The position numbers were made by a program, and so were the translations under genes. Below the pieces are notes generated by a model. It saw only the letters and a program-made list of their open reading frames with translations, searched no databases and was not told the DNA's origin. A DNA stretch of 64,000 nt from Fibrobacterales bacterium (GTDB lineage: Bacteria; Fibrobacterota; Fibrobacteria; Fibrobacterales; JAOPTW01), in assembly GCA_051532035.1 (NCBI GenBank), contig JAOPTW010000013.1, positions 256,001-320,000 on the forward strand. Direction: 5' to 3'. Of this stretch, positions 21,388 to 31,650 are shown in pieces (position 1 is the stretch's first letter; every line of letters starts with the position of its first letter).

Positions 21388-22110
21388 CTACTTACCACCA
21401 TTCAAATAATAGAGAACCTTCTGGGCCAGTTTCTTATAAGAAGCTTCTTTTGAAGACTGATTCTCAGGTCCATTAACGCGATAAGAGACATTGGTTATCT
21501 CTTTATTAACATTTTGATTGACCTCTTTATGAATCACATACGAGAGGCATTTCTCATTTTTTAGCACATCATACAAAGTGAAATATGCGGCAGTCTCACC
21601 ACTTTCGAGTAATATAACTTTTACACTCACCTGATTGATACTCGCCTCAAAGTCATCACTGATAAAGGCAGTGGGCTTACCCTCTCCATCGATAAATTTA
21701 TTGGTTTTCATTACTGTTTGAGTTCCCGCATTACTTATTTCAATCAAAAGATCGGTCTCAAGATGTTTCTGATACTTCTTAAAGGTTGGAGACTTAATTT
21801 TCCCTTTTACTTCTTCAAATATTGTTTGATTTCTAAGTAAATACTCATTGGTCATTAACTCTTTTTCGAGGATAGAAGGGAAATATGAGTCGGTGGCATG
21901 TCCCGACTTAACAGCAGTAGCTCTCTCATCCCTTATAACAACACTCAACTTTCGAGAGCTCTTGTTCTTTAAAAATGTCTCAAAGTTGTTACTGATAACA
22001 ATTTCATCTTTAATAGTGTTCGTACACCAGGCTTGTACTTTTTGTTCTGTCACCCGTGTAGAGCTACAGCCTATCAAAAAGAGAAGTGACAGTAGCGCGA
22101 TATATTTCAT
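21388..22110 (-). CDS. Hypothetical lipoprotein
   Basis: ATG at 22110 with AAGGA RBS; lipobox LIGC. Confidence 0.7.
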   Translation of the reverse strand: MKYIALLSLLFLIGCSSTRVTEQKVQAWCTNTIKDEIVISNNFETFLKNKSSRKLSVVIRDERATAVKSGHATDSYFPSILEKELMTNEYLLRNQTIFEEVKGKIKSPTFKKYQKHLETDLLIEISNAGTQTVMKTNKFIDGEGKPTAFISDDFEASINQVSVKVILLESGETAAYFTLYDVLKNEKCLSYVIHKEVNQNVNKEITNVSYRVNGPENQSSKEASYKKLAQKVLYYLNGGK

Positions 22111-22263
22111 AGTAAATTCCTTTAATAACTGTACGTCGAGTAGAGAGTACAATAACAAATCAATAGATTGCGTACAACATAGCAATATGTAGAGTGCTTA
22201 CAATACATTTAAGTATTATCATAACACTCCACCATCAGTTTTTAAAGGTCTTGAGACGTCTCC

Positions 22264-25200
22264 TTAGTGCTGTTCTACACCCCACGCTTCCATTTCAGCG
22301 AAATTGATATCGGCATTCTTATTCATCTTGAGCCTAATATACCGAGCCTCACCATCTATAGATATCTGAGTGCCACTCCCCATCTGACTCGTTTGATGAG
22401 ACACATCAATCCATGTAGCACCATCTGCAGAACGCTGAATGACAAAGTTATTCATACGATCCCCACAGCAATCAGTACGGTTCCACCAGTAGGTATCGGT
22501 AATATAATACAGTGAGCCAAGGTCAACCTGCCACCATGCACCTATCCCCGCACCATTGGTGTGTGCAAGGTTATAGCCATTATGCCAACCATTATAATCC
22601 CCATCCACTGCACGAGACGCCGTAAGACTCTGATAGGTACTCGTCTGAGTTGCACTCTTACCCCGTGAAACGAGGGTAATACCCGCTATACAGCCTGTAC
22701 CATCAACAGGAACATTTAAAGGTGTCGATACACATTGATCAAGTCCATCGTATACGCCATCCTCATCACTATCGAGCGGGCACCCATCAGTAGCAACAAT
22801 TGCTCCAATTACTGTCGAAGGACATTGATCTTCAGTATCATACACACCATCGAAATCACTATCGCGTTCATCATCTGTACATCCATGAACGTCAACAACC
22901 TCACCAATCGGTGTATTTGGACAATGGTCTTGTGAACCCATAACACCATCAAGGTCGGCATCTTGAGGTACCAGCACTCCAAATATTTGTACTTCAGCAA
23001 AATTGATTGCATCAGCTTTGTTTTGTACTAACCGTATATAGCGGGTCTGACTTTCTATGGGTATGTCAGTGCCATATCCCATTTGTGTCGTTTGATGTGA
23101 GATGGTAAACCATACAATACCATCAAGCGAACCTTGCACAGAATAGTTATTCATACGATCACTGCAACAGTCAAGACGATTATACCACACACTGTTGGTT
23201 ACGTAGTAGAGATCACCAAGGTCAACCTGCCACCAATGTCCAACGTTGTATTCATTAGTATGAGCAAGATTTGCCCCATTATGATAGGCACTTAAATCAC
23301 CATCCACTGCCCGTGAAGCAGTGAGCGATGCATACGTACTCGTCTGTGTAGCGTATTTACCTTGAGAGATATTGGTCACTCCCATTACACAGCCTTGTGT
23401 ATCAACGGCAATAAGTGCGGGAGTATTACTACACTGATCTATCCCATCAAAGACACCGTCACTATCACTATCAATTCCGCAACCCATCGCATCCACAACA
23501 ACATCCGATACTGTTGCAGGACATACATCAACGACATCAATAACACCATCACTGTCACTATCTCGTTCAGAGTCTGCGCAGCCGTTTTCATCAACAACGT
23601 CACCTTCAGGAGTGTTCGCACAAAGATCATCACTATCCAATACACCATCGTCGTCGTGATCTTGTGGTGAAAGTATGCCAAAAATTTGTGCTTCAGAAAA
23701 ATTAAAGTGAGAATTGATGTTCATGATCATACGCACATACCGCGCTTCTTCATTAATAGTTATAGATGTAGGGCGTGCCATAATAGTGTTCTGGTCAGAT
23801 ACCGTAGTCCACGTACTCCCATCAAGAGAGATTTGAATGCTGTAGTTACTCATACGGTCACTACAGCAATCAGAGCGGTTCCACCAATCACTCGATGTTA
23901 TAAAATAGACAGCACCCAGATCGACCTGCCACCATTCACCGGCATTGCCATAATAGTTGTGAGCCATATCGGGATAGGTTCCTATAGTATTGCCATCAAC
24001 GGCTACACTCGCGTTTAAATTGAGATACGAAGGATGTGTACTACTTTGAGTGGCTTGTTTTCCGTATGAAACATTGGTCACACCAATAACGCATCCATTT
24101 CCATCAATAGGAAAGCCTGTTGGACTATCAGGACACTGGTCAAGCCCATCAAAGACCCCATCAGTATCACTATCAATGCCACACCCAGAGGCGTCAACGA
24201 CCACTCCTGATTGTGTCGTTGGGCACTGATCATCAGTATTCATAATACCATCCGTATCATCATCAATTTGTGATTGCGCACACCCAACGCCATTAACGTC
24301 CTCGCCTAGTGGTGTTCCAGGACATTGATCAGCATGATCTTCAACGCCATCGTCATCGGTATCCACCGGTGCAAGCGTACCAAATATCTGTACTTCACTT
24401 AAGTTAAGGGCCGTCTGTTTGTTGAGAACAATTCTTACATAACGCGCTGCTGCATTAAGATTTATACGCGTTGGAAAAGCCATCTCATCAGTTTGCACGC
24501 TTGCCGTAACCCACTGAGAAGCATCAAGAGAGTATTGAATGGTATAGCTATCCATGCGATCACTACAACAATCGAGTCTATTAAACCACTCAGTTTCTGT
24601 TATGTCATATACTGCACCAAGGTCTATCATGAGCCACTCTGCTGGGCCGCCAGCACTATGAGCCAGCTGAGGATTATATCCGGTAACCACACCATCAACC
24701 GCTTTAGAAGCATAATAATCACTATACGTGCTACTCATATAGGCGGTTTTGCCATACGCAATATTTGAATGATCAACAAAGGTTTGCCCGAGCCGTGAAA
24801 GGACCCAACGCCCTGAGGTTGAAAAGTCACTCGGAACCCATGGCCCTGCAAGATCATTATTAATGAGTGCTGCTGATGTTTCGTCACGAATACTGAGCGA
24901 CCAGTTAAACCAACTATAATTATGCTTCTGTGCCCAATCAAGCCAAAGAGATGATTGATATAAGTCGAGTATTCCATTACCACTTGCATCAACAGTGCCA
25001 AACTCTGATATGATAAGAGGCACGCTGTTTAATCGAGCACTATTCCCTGCATCTCTCAGCCACTGACCATGAGTCGCTGCATAAAAGTGTATGTTATAAA
25101 GAATACCCCGTCCAACATTTGACGTAATTTGATTGTTAATTACATCCCCGACATTCTGACTCCAGTTTGGAGTACCTACCGTTGCAAGATTATCAGAATA

Positions 25201-25785
25201 AAGCCTGATACCACTGAGCACATGTTCAGCCCATGGTTTAATAGTATTAGGAAAGCTCACCGCCAGAGGCTCATTTCCGAGCTCAAAGAGCAGATTATCA
25301 AAGGCACCATACTCTTGAGCAATTTCAGTAAAAAAGCTGTAGGCTTCATTATAATACTCTGTACTCCAAGGGTTGGGGTCATTCAATATATGCCAATCAA
25401 CCAGGATATAGATGTCTGAGAGTATCGCATCTTGTATCAAATCTTTCATTTTTTGACGATACAGGGCTTTTCCTGCTGCATCTTGGTTCATATACCCATG
25501 AGCTGCTTCGTAGGTGTACATGGCAACACGTACTGCATTAGAGCCAGTAAGAGAAACGATATTAGGGATTGTGTGGCCTACTACCCATTCAGTATCCCAG
25601 TTTTTGAGATCGAGGGCGCTAAAGCCTTTAAGTTGGTAGGGGTTCCCATGAATATCACAGATAGTATAACCGTACTCTCCCCCTTTATTGAGTACCTGTA
25701 GGTCTCCGTGATCTGAAACTGGCCCTGCAAATAGTGTATTTGACAGTAACATCAATAATAATACCAATATGTAGCTGTATTTCAT
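22264..25785 (-). CDS. GH5 endoglucanase-like enzyme with four F-type lectin (F5/8C-like) domains separated by thrombospondin type-3 repeats
   Basis: ATG at 25785 with GGGG RBS and signal peptide. VRVAMY, VDWH, acid/base FELGNEP, HFY, nucleophile ISEFG. Four H-x26/27-R-x-DCCxD-R motifs; DxDxDGVxDxxDxCP repeats. Confidence 0.9.
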   Translation of the reverse strand: MKYSYILVLLLMLLSNTLFAGPVSDHGDLQVLNKGGEYGYTICDIHGNPYQLKGFSALDLKNWDTEWVVGHTIPNIVSLTGSNAVRVAMYTYEAAHGYMNQDAAGKALYRQKMKDLIQDAILSDIYILVDWHILNDPNPWSTEYYNEAYSFFTEIAQEYGAFDNLLFELGNEPLAVSFPNTIKPWAEHVLSGIRLYSDNLATVGTPNWSQNVGDVINNQITSNVGRGILYNIHFYAATHGQWLRDAGNSARLNSVPLIISEFGTVDASGNGILDLYQSSLWLDWAQKHNYSWFNWSLSIRDETSAALINNDLAGPWVPSDFSTSGRWVLSRLGQTFVDHSNIAYGKTAYMSSTYSDYYASKAVDGVVTGYNPQLAHSAGGPAEWLMIDLGAVYDITETEWFNRLDCCSDRMDSYTIQYSLDASQWVTASVQTDEMAFPTRINLNAAARYVRIVLNKQTALNLSEVQIFGTLAPVDTDDDGVEDHADQCPGTPLGEDVNGVGCAQSQIDDDTDGIMNTDDQCPTTQSGVVVDASGCGIDSDTDGVFDGLDQCPDSPTGFPIDGNGCVIGVTNVSYGKQATQSSTHPSYLNLNASVAVDGNTIGTYPDMAHNYYGNAGEWWQVDLGAVYFITSSDWWNRSDCCSDRMSNYSIQISLDGSTWTTVSDQNTIMARPTSITINEEARYVRMIMNINSHFNFSEAQIFGILSPQDHDDDGVLDSDDLCANTPEGDVVDENGCADSERDSDSDGVIDVVDVCPATVSDVVVDAMGCGIDSDSDGVFDGIDQCSNTPALIAVDTQGCVMGVTNISQGKYATQTSTYASLTASRAVDGDLSAYHNGANLAHTNEYNVGHWWQVDLGDLYYVTNSVWYNRLDCCSDRMNNYSVQGSLDGIVWFTISHQTTQMGYGTDIPIESQTRYIRLVQNKADAINFAEVQIFGVLVPQDADLDGVMGSQDHCPNTPIGEVVDVHGCTDDERDSDFDGVYDTEDQCPSTVIGAIVATDGCPLDSDEDGVYDGLDQCVSTPLNVPVDGTGCIAGITLVSRGKSATQTSTYQSLTASRAVDGDYNGWHNGYNLAHTNGAGIGAWWQVDLGSLYYITDTYWWNRTDCCGDRMNNFVIQRSADGATWIDVSHQTSQMGSGTQISIDGEARYIRLKMNKNADINFAEMEAWGVEQH

Positions 25786-25920
25786 TGCTTCCCCTTTATT
25801 TGTGAATGTATTTCTGTAATGACTACAAAATAGCTTTAGAACTGAGTACAAGACTACGCCATCGCAAGGACAGTCGATATACCCTGTATATCTAGTTCCA
25901 CAGTTAATTTTATTCTAGGC

Positions 25921-25936
25921 TGTGATAGACTTTACA
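25921..25936. promoter_or_regulatory. Second CRP/FNR-like site TGTGA-N6-TTACA upstream of the GH5 gene
   Basis: TGTGA-TAGACT-TTACA, one mismatch to the core, ~140 bp upstream of the GH5 start. Confidence 0.45.
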
Positions 25937-25963
25937 TTTAAAGAGAATTTGTTATGGTTATTT

Positions 25964-26635
25964 TTATTCCTGAGTGTTGTCTAATACCTTCAAAAGTTCC
26001 ACGCCACTTAAGCGAACTTTATAATTTGCATTGGTATAGACATATTGAATTACTCTCGATTGATTGAGTATGAACACTGACGGCACAGGAAGAAGATTAT
26101 GATCTTTCCCCGAGTCCCTTTCAAGATCGATACTATAGGAATTGAGGTACTTGTTAACCAAACTTTTGGGAACCTGAAAGGCTATACCAAATGTGAGAGC
26201 AAGACTCATATCACTGTTAGACACCAGTGTAATAGGCAGGTTTTTCTTAGTCTTATGAAAATTAACTGTAGAAGGCTTATCAGGACTGACCGCCAGTAAC
26301 GCATATCCTTTTTTGATAATATCAGGCTCAATAGCCTGTAAGTCTTTGAGATGAGTATTACAGTAAGGACACCACCCGCCACGATAAAAAACAACCACAA
26401 TGGGCTTCTTCGAATCCTTTGAGCTTAAAGAAGCGGTCAGAGTAGTCCAGGTATCTACAGAGATCGTATCACCTTTTTTGAGAGGAGTAATACTCTCTGC
26501 TGATTGAGGAATAGCATCACCTGCCCAGCTCATTTGTACAAAGAGCATACAGGCGATAGTTACGGTTAAAAACCTCGTAGTGTGCTGCAAGCGTATAGTC
26601 CTACGCGTAAAATAACTGGTTCTTTTCATGATCAT
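25964..26635 (-). CDS. Peroxiredoxin-like AhpC/TSA family protein, probably exported
   Basis: VVFYRGGWCPYCN, AVSPD, LPVPSVF. Confidence 0.88.
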   Translation of the reverse strand: MIMKRTSYFTRRTIRLQHTTRFLTVTIACMLFVQMSWAGDAIPQSAESITPLKKGDTISVDTWTTLTASLSSKDSKKPIVVVFYRGGWCPYCNTHLKDLQAIEPDIIKKGYALLAVSPDKPSTVNFHKTKKNLPITLVSNSDMSLALTFGIAFQVPKSLVNKYLNSYSIDLERDSGKDHNLLPVPSVFILNQSRVIQYVYTNANYKVRLSGVELLKVLDNTQE

Positions 26636-27047
26636 ACTCCACTAGTACCTGATGCTTAGAGTTCTCTTCTGTCAATATCATATTTCGAAGCAATGACGTA
26701 CCAATCAATTCCATAAACGTAAATATGTTATGGGCGTCTGTGTCTGTTTTGATGTCGTTTGGGTCAATATCGAGCTCTATTTCAGTAGAATCAAAGAACT
26801 GACAATTTACTTTTACTGCATTGATAAATATTTCTAACTCAAACAGATCATCTGTTTCAAAGACGTCTTTAAACCGAAATAATGTAATATCAATTTTTTC
26901 GTGATTCTTTAAGAGCGATACGTCATGGTCAGAATCCATAAGGAAACGCATCAAACATTGCCACTCAACCTTTCCGGTATCTTTTACGAATAAATCCCGA
27001 AGAGTGCCATCAACGTGAAATATTGCTCTATTTTTTGCTGAAATCAT
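26601..27047 (-). CDS. Hypothetical protein
   Basis: 148-aa acidic ORF packed between the VOC and peroxiredoxin genes. Confidence 0.65.
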   Translation of the reverse strand: MISAKNRAIFHVDGTLRDLFVKDTGKVEWQCLMRFLMDSDHDVSLLKNHEKIDITLFRFKDVFETDDLFELEIFINAVKVNCQFFDSTEIELDIDPNDIKTDTDAHNIFTFMELIGTSLLRNMILTEENSKHQVLVEYDHEKNQLFYA

Positions 27048-27062
27048 AATGACGGGTACCTT

Positions 27063-27398
27063 TTACAAATTGTTAGAATCGACAAACCAGAGAATATTTC
27101 CATCATAATCCTTAACTCTAAATTCATTTCCCTTATCACTATTTTCAGGGAGCTGAATAAAGATCACCCCATTATCATTAAATTCTTTGAATAATTCTCG
27201 AAAGTTAGAAACCCCAAAGAGCAGTTGCTGTGTACTGTGATTCTCTGTTTCTTGCAGCATCAAACTAACCCCATCACGACTTATCTGAGCATAGCCCTCA
27301 CCTTCTGAATCGACAACAAAGTTAAACATCTCTTTGTAGAGGTCGATAGCAGTCTCAAGGTGTGACGTAGTGAATATTGGTGTACAGAATTCAATCAT
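27063..27398 (-). CDS. VOC/glyoxalase-bleomycin resistance family protein
   Basis: P.F...LE.AI..Y...F.F; EFRVKDYDGNILWF. Confidence 0.8.
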   Translation of the reverse strand: MIEFCTPIFTTSHLETAIDLYKEMFNFVVDSEGEGYAQISRDGVSLMLQETENHSTQQLLFGVSNFRELFKEFNDNGVIFIQLPENSDKGNEFRVKDYDGNILWFVDSNNL

Positions 27399-27437
27399 AA
27401 ATGGTTCTCAGTGATAAAGAAAACGAGTGGACATATA

Positions 27438-27465
27438 AATCTAACCAAATCTATCATATTTACAA
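27438..27465 (-). promoter_or_regulatory. Sigma70-like promoter TTGTAA-N16-TAGATT
   Basis: Same hexamers and spacing as at 14781-14808; 40 bp upstream of the VOC gene. Confidence 0.5.
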
Positions 27466-27624
27466 CGCTAAACATTTCGGAACACTCTCGGAACGGTTTA
27501 ATTGAAGGCAATAGTAGGCTCGACCATCTGACATAGTCAGCACTCCCCTCTTATACTACTTTCGTTTGTGTTGATATACTATCATCAATCAGATCAATAA
27601 AACAAACGATAAAAGGGACACTTT

Positions 27625-28578
27625 ATGAAACAACTACTCATACCAGCTTTTGCTCTTCTTACATTAGCAATAGCACCTGCAAACGCAGCATATCAAGGCT
27701 ATTTTCAAATCTCAAAAGCAACCAATGACACCAAATGTATTGATGTTACAGGTGCATCGAGCCAAGACGGCGCAAATGTACAACAGTATGATTGTAACAA
27801 TACACCTGCACAGCAGTGGGAATTTAATGAAATCGAAACCGATGTATATACAATACGAAACACCGGCTCAGGTAAACTCCTTGACGTAGAAGGCTGGGGT
27901 CAGGGTGAGAATGTGCAACAATGGGGCACCGAAGTAAACTCTCAAGGAAAAAAATGGAAAGTTGTACCTATTACAGATGGTGTCGTAACGATTAGACCTA
28001 TGAGTAGCCTATATAAATGTCTTTCTATCGTTGATGGGAGCGACAATAACGGTACAAATGTTATTTCACATAAATGCATGAATAGTGAACATGGAAAAGC
28101 ATTCTGGATTGAACACTCTAAAAACACAGAGATTATAGATGGTCCTTTTAAAATGAAAAATTTGTTGAGTAAAAAATGTGCTGACCTCTTTGAAGATCAA
28201 CAACATGATGGGGCTGATGTTATTCAAGATGATTGTGCCAATACTCCTGCACAAGTGTGGAATTTCACTCATATGGGTAATAGCGTCTACACCATTAGAA
28301 ATTCGTCAACAGGTCGTTTTCTCGATAAAGATCTCAACTCATACAACATCCAACAGTGGGGCACTTGGGACCCTCAAGCAAATCAACAGTGGAAAATTGT
28401 ACGTAACTACAATGGTACTTACAGCATGAGTCCTGCGAATGCAGAATCAGATTGTATGGAAGCACCGATAACTATCCCCGAAGGTAATACATCACTCGAA
28501 TCTGCAGCATGTATCAGTCAGATCAACAACTACTCTGACGAACTAAAAGCACAACAGTGGATGCTTTACAGAAACTAA
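27625..28578 (+). CDS. Secreted tandem ricin-B/CBM13 lectin protein, no catalytic domain
   Basis: Signal peptide; two trefoils with KCIDV..GANVQQYDC..AQQW and KCADL..DVIQDDC..AQVW. Confidence 0.85.
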   Translation: MKQLLIPAFALLTLAIAPANAAYQGYFQISKATNDTKCIDVTGASSQDGANVQQYDCNNTPAQQWEFNEIETDVYTIRNTGSGKLLDVEGWGQGENVQQWGTEVNSQGKKWKVVPITDGVVTIRPMSSLYKCLSIVDGSDNNGTNVISHKCMNSEHGKAFWIEHSKNTEIIDGPFKMKNLLSKKCADLFEDQQHDGADVIQDDCANTPAQVWNFTHMGNSVYTIRNSSTGRFLDKDLNSYNIQQWGTWDPQANQQWKIVRNYNGTYSMSPANAESDCMEAPITIPEGNTSLESAACISQINNYSDELKAQQWMLYRN

Positions 28579-29112
28579 AGAACAGGGCGAATTCTAATCT
28601 GAATTCGTCAATTATCTAAAACATATCGGTCGATGCTTCTCTCTATACCGCGCCCTTTGCCCCTGCGGGAGAGAAATCTCGACCTGATCATCGACCAATA
28701 GAATTCCACCCAAAATCAACATAGTTAGTATAAACCCAGCTCAACAAAATAAACTTATAAATTTATGTATGGAGCAATCAGAAAATATCAATAGCATAAT
28801 ATGCAAAAAAATTAAAAGCAACTCAATATACAATTGCAGCAATAAACGACTCACTGGTTACATTTAAAAAAAATGATTCCACTGGAATTTCTAAAGATGC
28901 AATAGATATCAACAAAAGATTTATACTTACGAGGGTTCTTCTAGCCAAAGACGGGCCTGCCCCATATACTCTTTTAGCAATAGCATCGAGTATATTTTTT
29001 GGATTAATAGCATTATTTGTAATTTCAACACTTTAATTTATTTATAAACCGCTGCAGTGGCTGGTCTATCACTTTTGTTGTGGGTTTTATTGATACTCTG
29101 TTCGAAATGGAG

Positions 29113-29565
29113 TTATCGCACAACCAACACCATACCATCAACAGCCACCCCTTTCACAAACTGAATCTGATATTTTACCAAATCAGGCTTGATAGCAAAC
29201 TTCCAGTCTTGAACTATTCCGAGATCCGGATCAAGTTCGAAGCATTTAAACGTAATAGCCTCTACTTCAGGGAACTTTTGGTAGATACTCTCATTAACAG
29301 TACTTTTGAGGGTTTTCACTTTTATTTTGCCAAAGCTGCACTCTTCAAAATCACTATATAACGCTTTATTGATTGTTTTTTCTATCAGATACTGCTTTTG
29401 GAATTGCCATGACTCTGACATACGACTGGAATACTCTTTTTGGGATTGGAGAAAGAGCTGCCCCAGTAGGGTGAGTACTATTGCAGAAACTGCTATTGCA
29501 GCCATAAGCTCTATGAGGGTTACCCCTCTTTGACTACTACTGTATTGGCCTATACCTCTATTCAT
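29113..29565 (-). CDS. Minor pseudopilin (GspJ/PilW-like)
   Basis: Class III signal QRG/VTLIELMAAIAV; the ATG at 29565 overlaps the end of the upstream gene. Confidence 0.75.
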   Translation of the reverse strand: MNRGIGQYSSSQRGVTLIELMAAIAVSAIVLTLLGQLFLQSQKEYSSRMSESWQFQKQYLIEKTINKALYSDFEECSFGKIKVKTLKSTVNESIYQKFPEVEAITFKCFELDPDLGIVQDWKFAIKPDLVKYQIQFVKGVAVDGMVLVVR

Positions 29566-29899
29566 AGGTACACCCCACAAACCTTGATACGGTATCTTGA
29601 TCTCGATAAGCAGTCGCTGTATAGCAAGTCTCTTTTTGAGTAATGCCTACCTTGACGGTTGTCTCAAAGGGGCCAAAGCCATGAACCTCTATGGTTCCAG
29701 GGAATTTTGCAACCTCTTTGTGAAGTAACAATTGATAGCATTGGTCTCGTAATGCATTATCAACAGCATATCTTTTATAGACTCGTTGATTCATGGGGTT
29801 TTTATAGAGCCAATAACTCAGAGGCGTTGCCACCATCCCAACAATGGCAAGAGCAACTAAGGTCTCTACAAGGGTAAACCCACTATTACTCTTTTGCAT
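29558..29899 (-). CDS. Minor pseudopilin (GspI/PilV-like)
   Basis: SG/FTLVETLVALAIV N-methylation motif. Confidence 0.78.
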   Translation of the reverse strand: MQKSNSGFTLVETLVALAIVGMVATPLSYWLYKNPMNQRVYKRYAVDNALRDQCYQLLLHKEVAKFPGTIEVHGFGPFETTVKVGITQKETCYTATAYRDQDTVSRFVGCTYE

Positions 29900-31193
29900 C
29901 GTAATACTGCTCCTGAAAAAAGTAACGGGTATTTTTATCTAAAAATCTAGGGATTCTTATTTCTTCTTGCCCCAATGAGAGTTGTCCATCGAGTAAAAAG
30001 CCAACCCAATTCGTTCCATCTTTTAAGAACTTCAAGTTTTGACATATAACACTTCCCGATACTATTCCACGAATATCAACATAGCCTGTAGTATAAATGA
30101 GTCCATTGATATATGATATATTAGAGACTTTAACCTGTACATCATTTGCTTTTTCGCTTTTATACCCCCTACTAATGAAGGTTCCATTTCCATTGTACTC
30201 ATCTACAATAAGGCTCCCATGCACCTTTTTATTATAGCCTTCACCTTCTGAACGTCCATGAACATAGAAGTGGGCCGTATGGTCATTTTGTTTTCCTGTC
30301 TTAAGATAGAGAGAGTCTTGGGCGAGGAACTGACCATCGAGTGTGACATCGCCCGTAATAGAGAGAGAAGATTTACTGAAAATAAGGCTGTTTTCAATGA
30401 TTGCACCGTCTTGAATAACTACTTCGCCTCCATATACTCTACTATTCTTAATAATACTCCCTTCGCCAATGGTTATTCTCCCATTAGTATGGAGGGTCTG
30501 ATTATCTATTGTGGTGTTGGTATAAGAGCTGAGGCCCGTTGACTCCCAGCGCTGGGATACTTTCTTATTAAACCACTGATCAATTTCACTAAAATCATGG
30601 CCTATGTTATTCCAAATAGTGTGAGTGCTATCAAGGGAGTGTACATTAATGGGTCTACTCCCTCGATACCGCATACGGGAGTGAGTAGCTGCTTTTGCTC
30701 TTCCTCTCCAGAGTGCCACTGGACCATCTATCCAGGCTTGACCGGCCATTTTTATATTAGAATGTTTGTCGAGTATCACCAAAACTGGGGTTCTTTGGAG
30801 GTCTAAGAGTTGACCGACTTTGAAGAGTTTTTCTTCGCTTTGGTTTGGGGTTCCGGCACTGGTTACGCCTTCAATATTTGATTTTAAAAAGAGCCCTTCT
30901 TGTTCAAGGTCTACGGAATATCCCGTTGAATCGCTTGTGATCCATTTGGTATACTTGATAATGGGAATATTACGGTCTCGTAACCGTGATTTCACAAAGC
31001 TCTGAGCTGAGTGGAGCATTAAGTGGCTTTGAATTTCACTTCGATTTTTCAGCATAAACTGAGCGTCGTAGGTACGTTGTGTATATATAACTGAAATCAG
31101 AATAGAGAGGAGCGCTATAGTAGCGAGCACTCCTACTAAACTCATACCTGAGTTAGAAGGTACCCGATTAAAGCGGTCATTTTTTGATGACAA
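29886..31193 (-). CDS. Large pseudopilin (GspK/PilX-like)
   Basis: SG/MSLVGVLATIALL lacks Glu5, as in GspK/PilX; large beta-rich C-terminal region; operon position. Confidence 0.65.
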   Translation of the reverse strand: MSSKNDRFNRVPSNSGMSLVGVLATIALLSILISVIYTQRTYDAQFMLKNRSEIQSHLMLHSAQSFVKSRLRDRNIPIIKYTKWITSDSTGYSVDLEQEGLFLKSNIEGVTSAGTPNQSEEKLFKVGQLLDLQRTPVLVILDKHSNIKMAGQAWIDGPVALWRGRAKAATHSRMRYRGSRPINVHSLDSTHTIWNNIGHDFSEIDQWFNKKVSQRWESTGLSSYTNTTIDNQTLHTNGRITIGEGSIIKNSRVYGGEVVIQDGAIIENSLIFSKSSLSITGDVTLDGQFLAQDSLYLKTGKQNDHTAHFYVHGRSEGEGYNKKVHGSLIVDEYNGNGTFISRGYKSEKANDVQVKVSNISYINGLIYTTGYVDIRGIVSGSVICQNLKFLKDGTNWVGFLLDGQLSLGQEEIRIPRFLDKNTRYFFQEQYYDAKE

Positions 31194-31650
31194 AGGATTT
31201 ACCCTCTTTAAGTACTGTAATACTTTCCTGTGTAATCTTTTCTACCACAATATCGCCATACTTCTGACCAGGTTTTGCAAACTCGGTCTTGGCACCCATT
31301 TTGATGATTGCAACGGGTGATGATCCCCATAGAATAGCATCAATTTTAACAGCCGGGGGAGTAATTATCTTTTTAGGGGGTGCTTTTTTTACCACCCTTT
31401 TAACCCTTCTAATGACTCGTTTTTTCTTTTTCTGATGCAGATAGGGTTTAAAGGGATCTCTCAATGTACTGTCCAGAGAAGTCACCTCTCCTATCAGTTT
31501 ATCAGTACTAAAGGTAATAGCATTCTGGCTTGCCTCTCCATTATCAGCAAGTGAAGAAAATGGATTAAAGGTCGTTTGAGAGAACAAGAGATAGAGCACT
31601 ATACAAATAAGGAGTAGACTGAGTAACCCCATAGATCTTAAACTATTCAT
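31177..31650 (-). CDS. PilP/GspC-like alignment protein
   Basis: N-terminal TM segment, LRDPFKP motif, Lys/Pro linker, C-terminal beta domain (AILW...AII..VEKIT). Confidence 0.65.
   Translation of the reverse strand: MNSLRSMGLLSLLLICIVLYLLFSQTTFNPFSSLADNGEASQNAITFSTDKLIGEVTSLDSTLRDPFKPYLHQKKKKRVIRRVKRVVKKAPPKKIITPPAVKIDAILWGSSPVAIIKMGAKTEFAKPGQKYGDIVVEKITQESITVLKEGKSFVIKK

Noticed and set aside
28800..29036. Start-less plus-strand frame ending in a hydrophobic segment (possible gene remnant)
   Set aside because: No start codon after the upstream stop and no recognisable homology; cannot be supported as a pseudogene.
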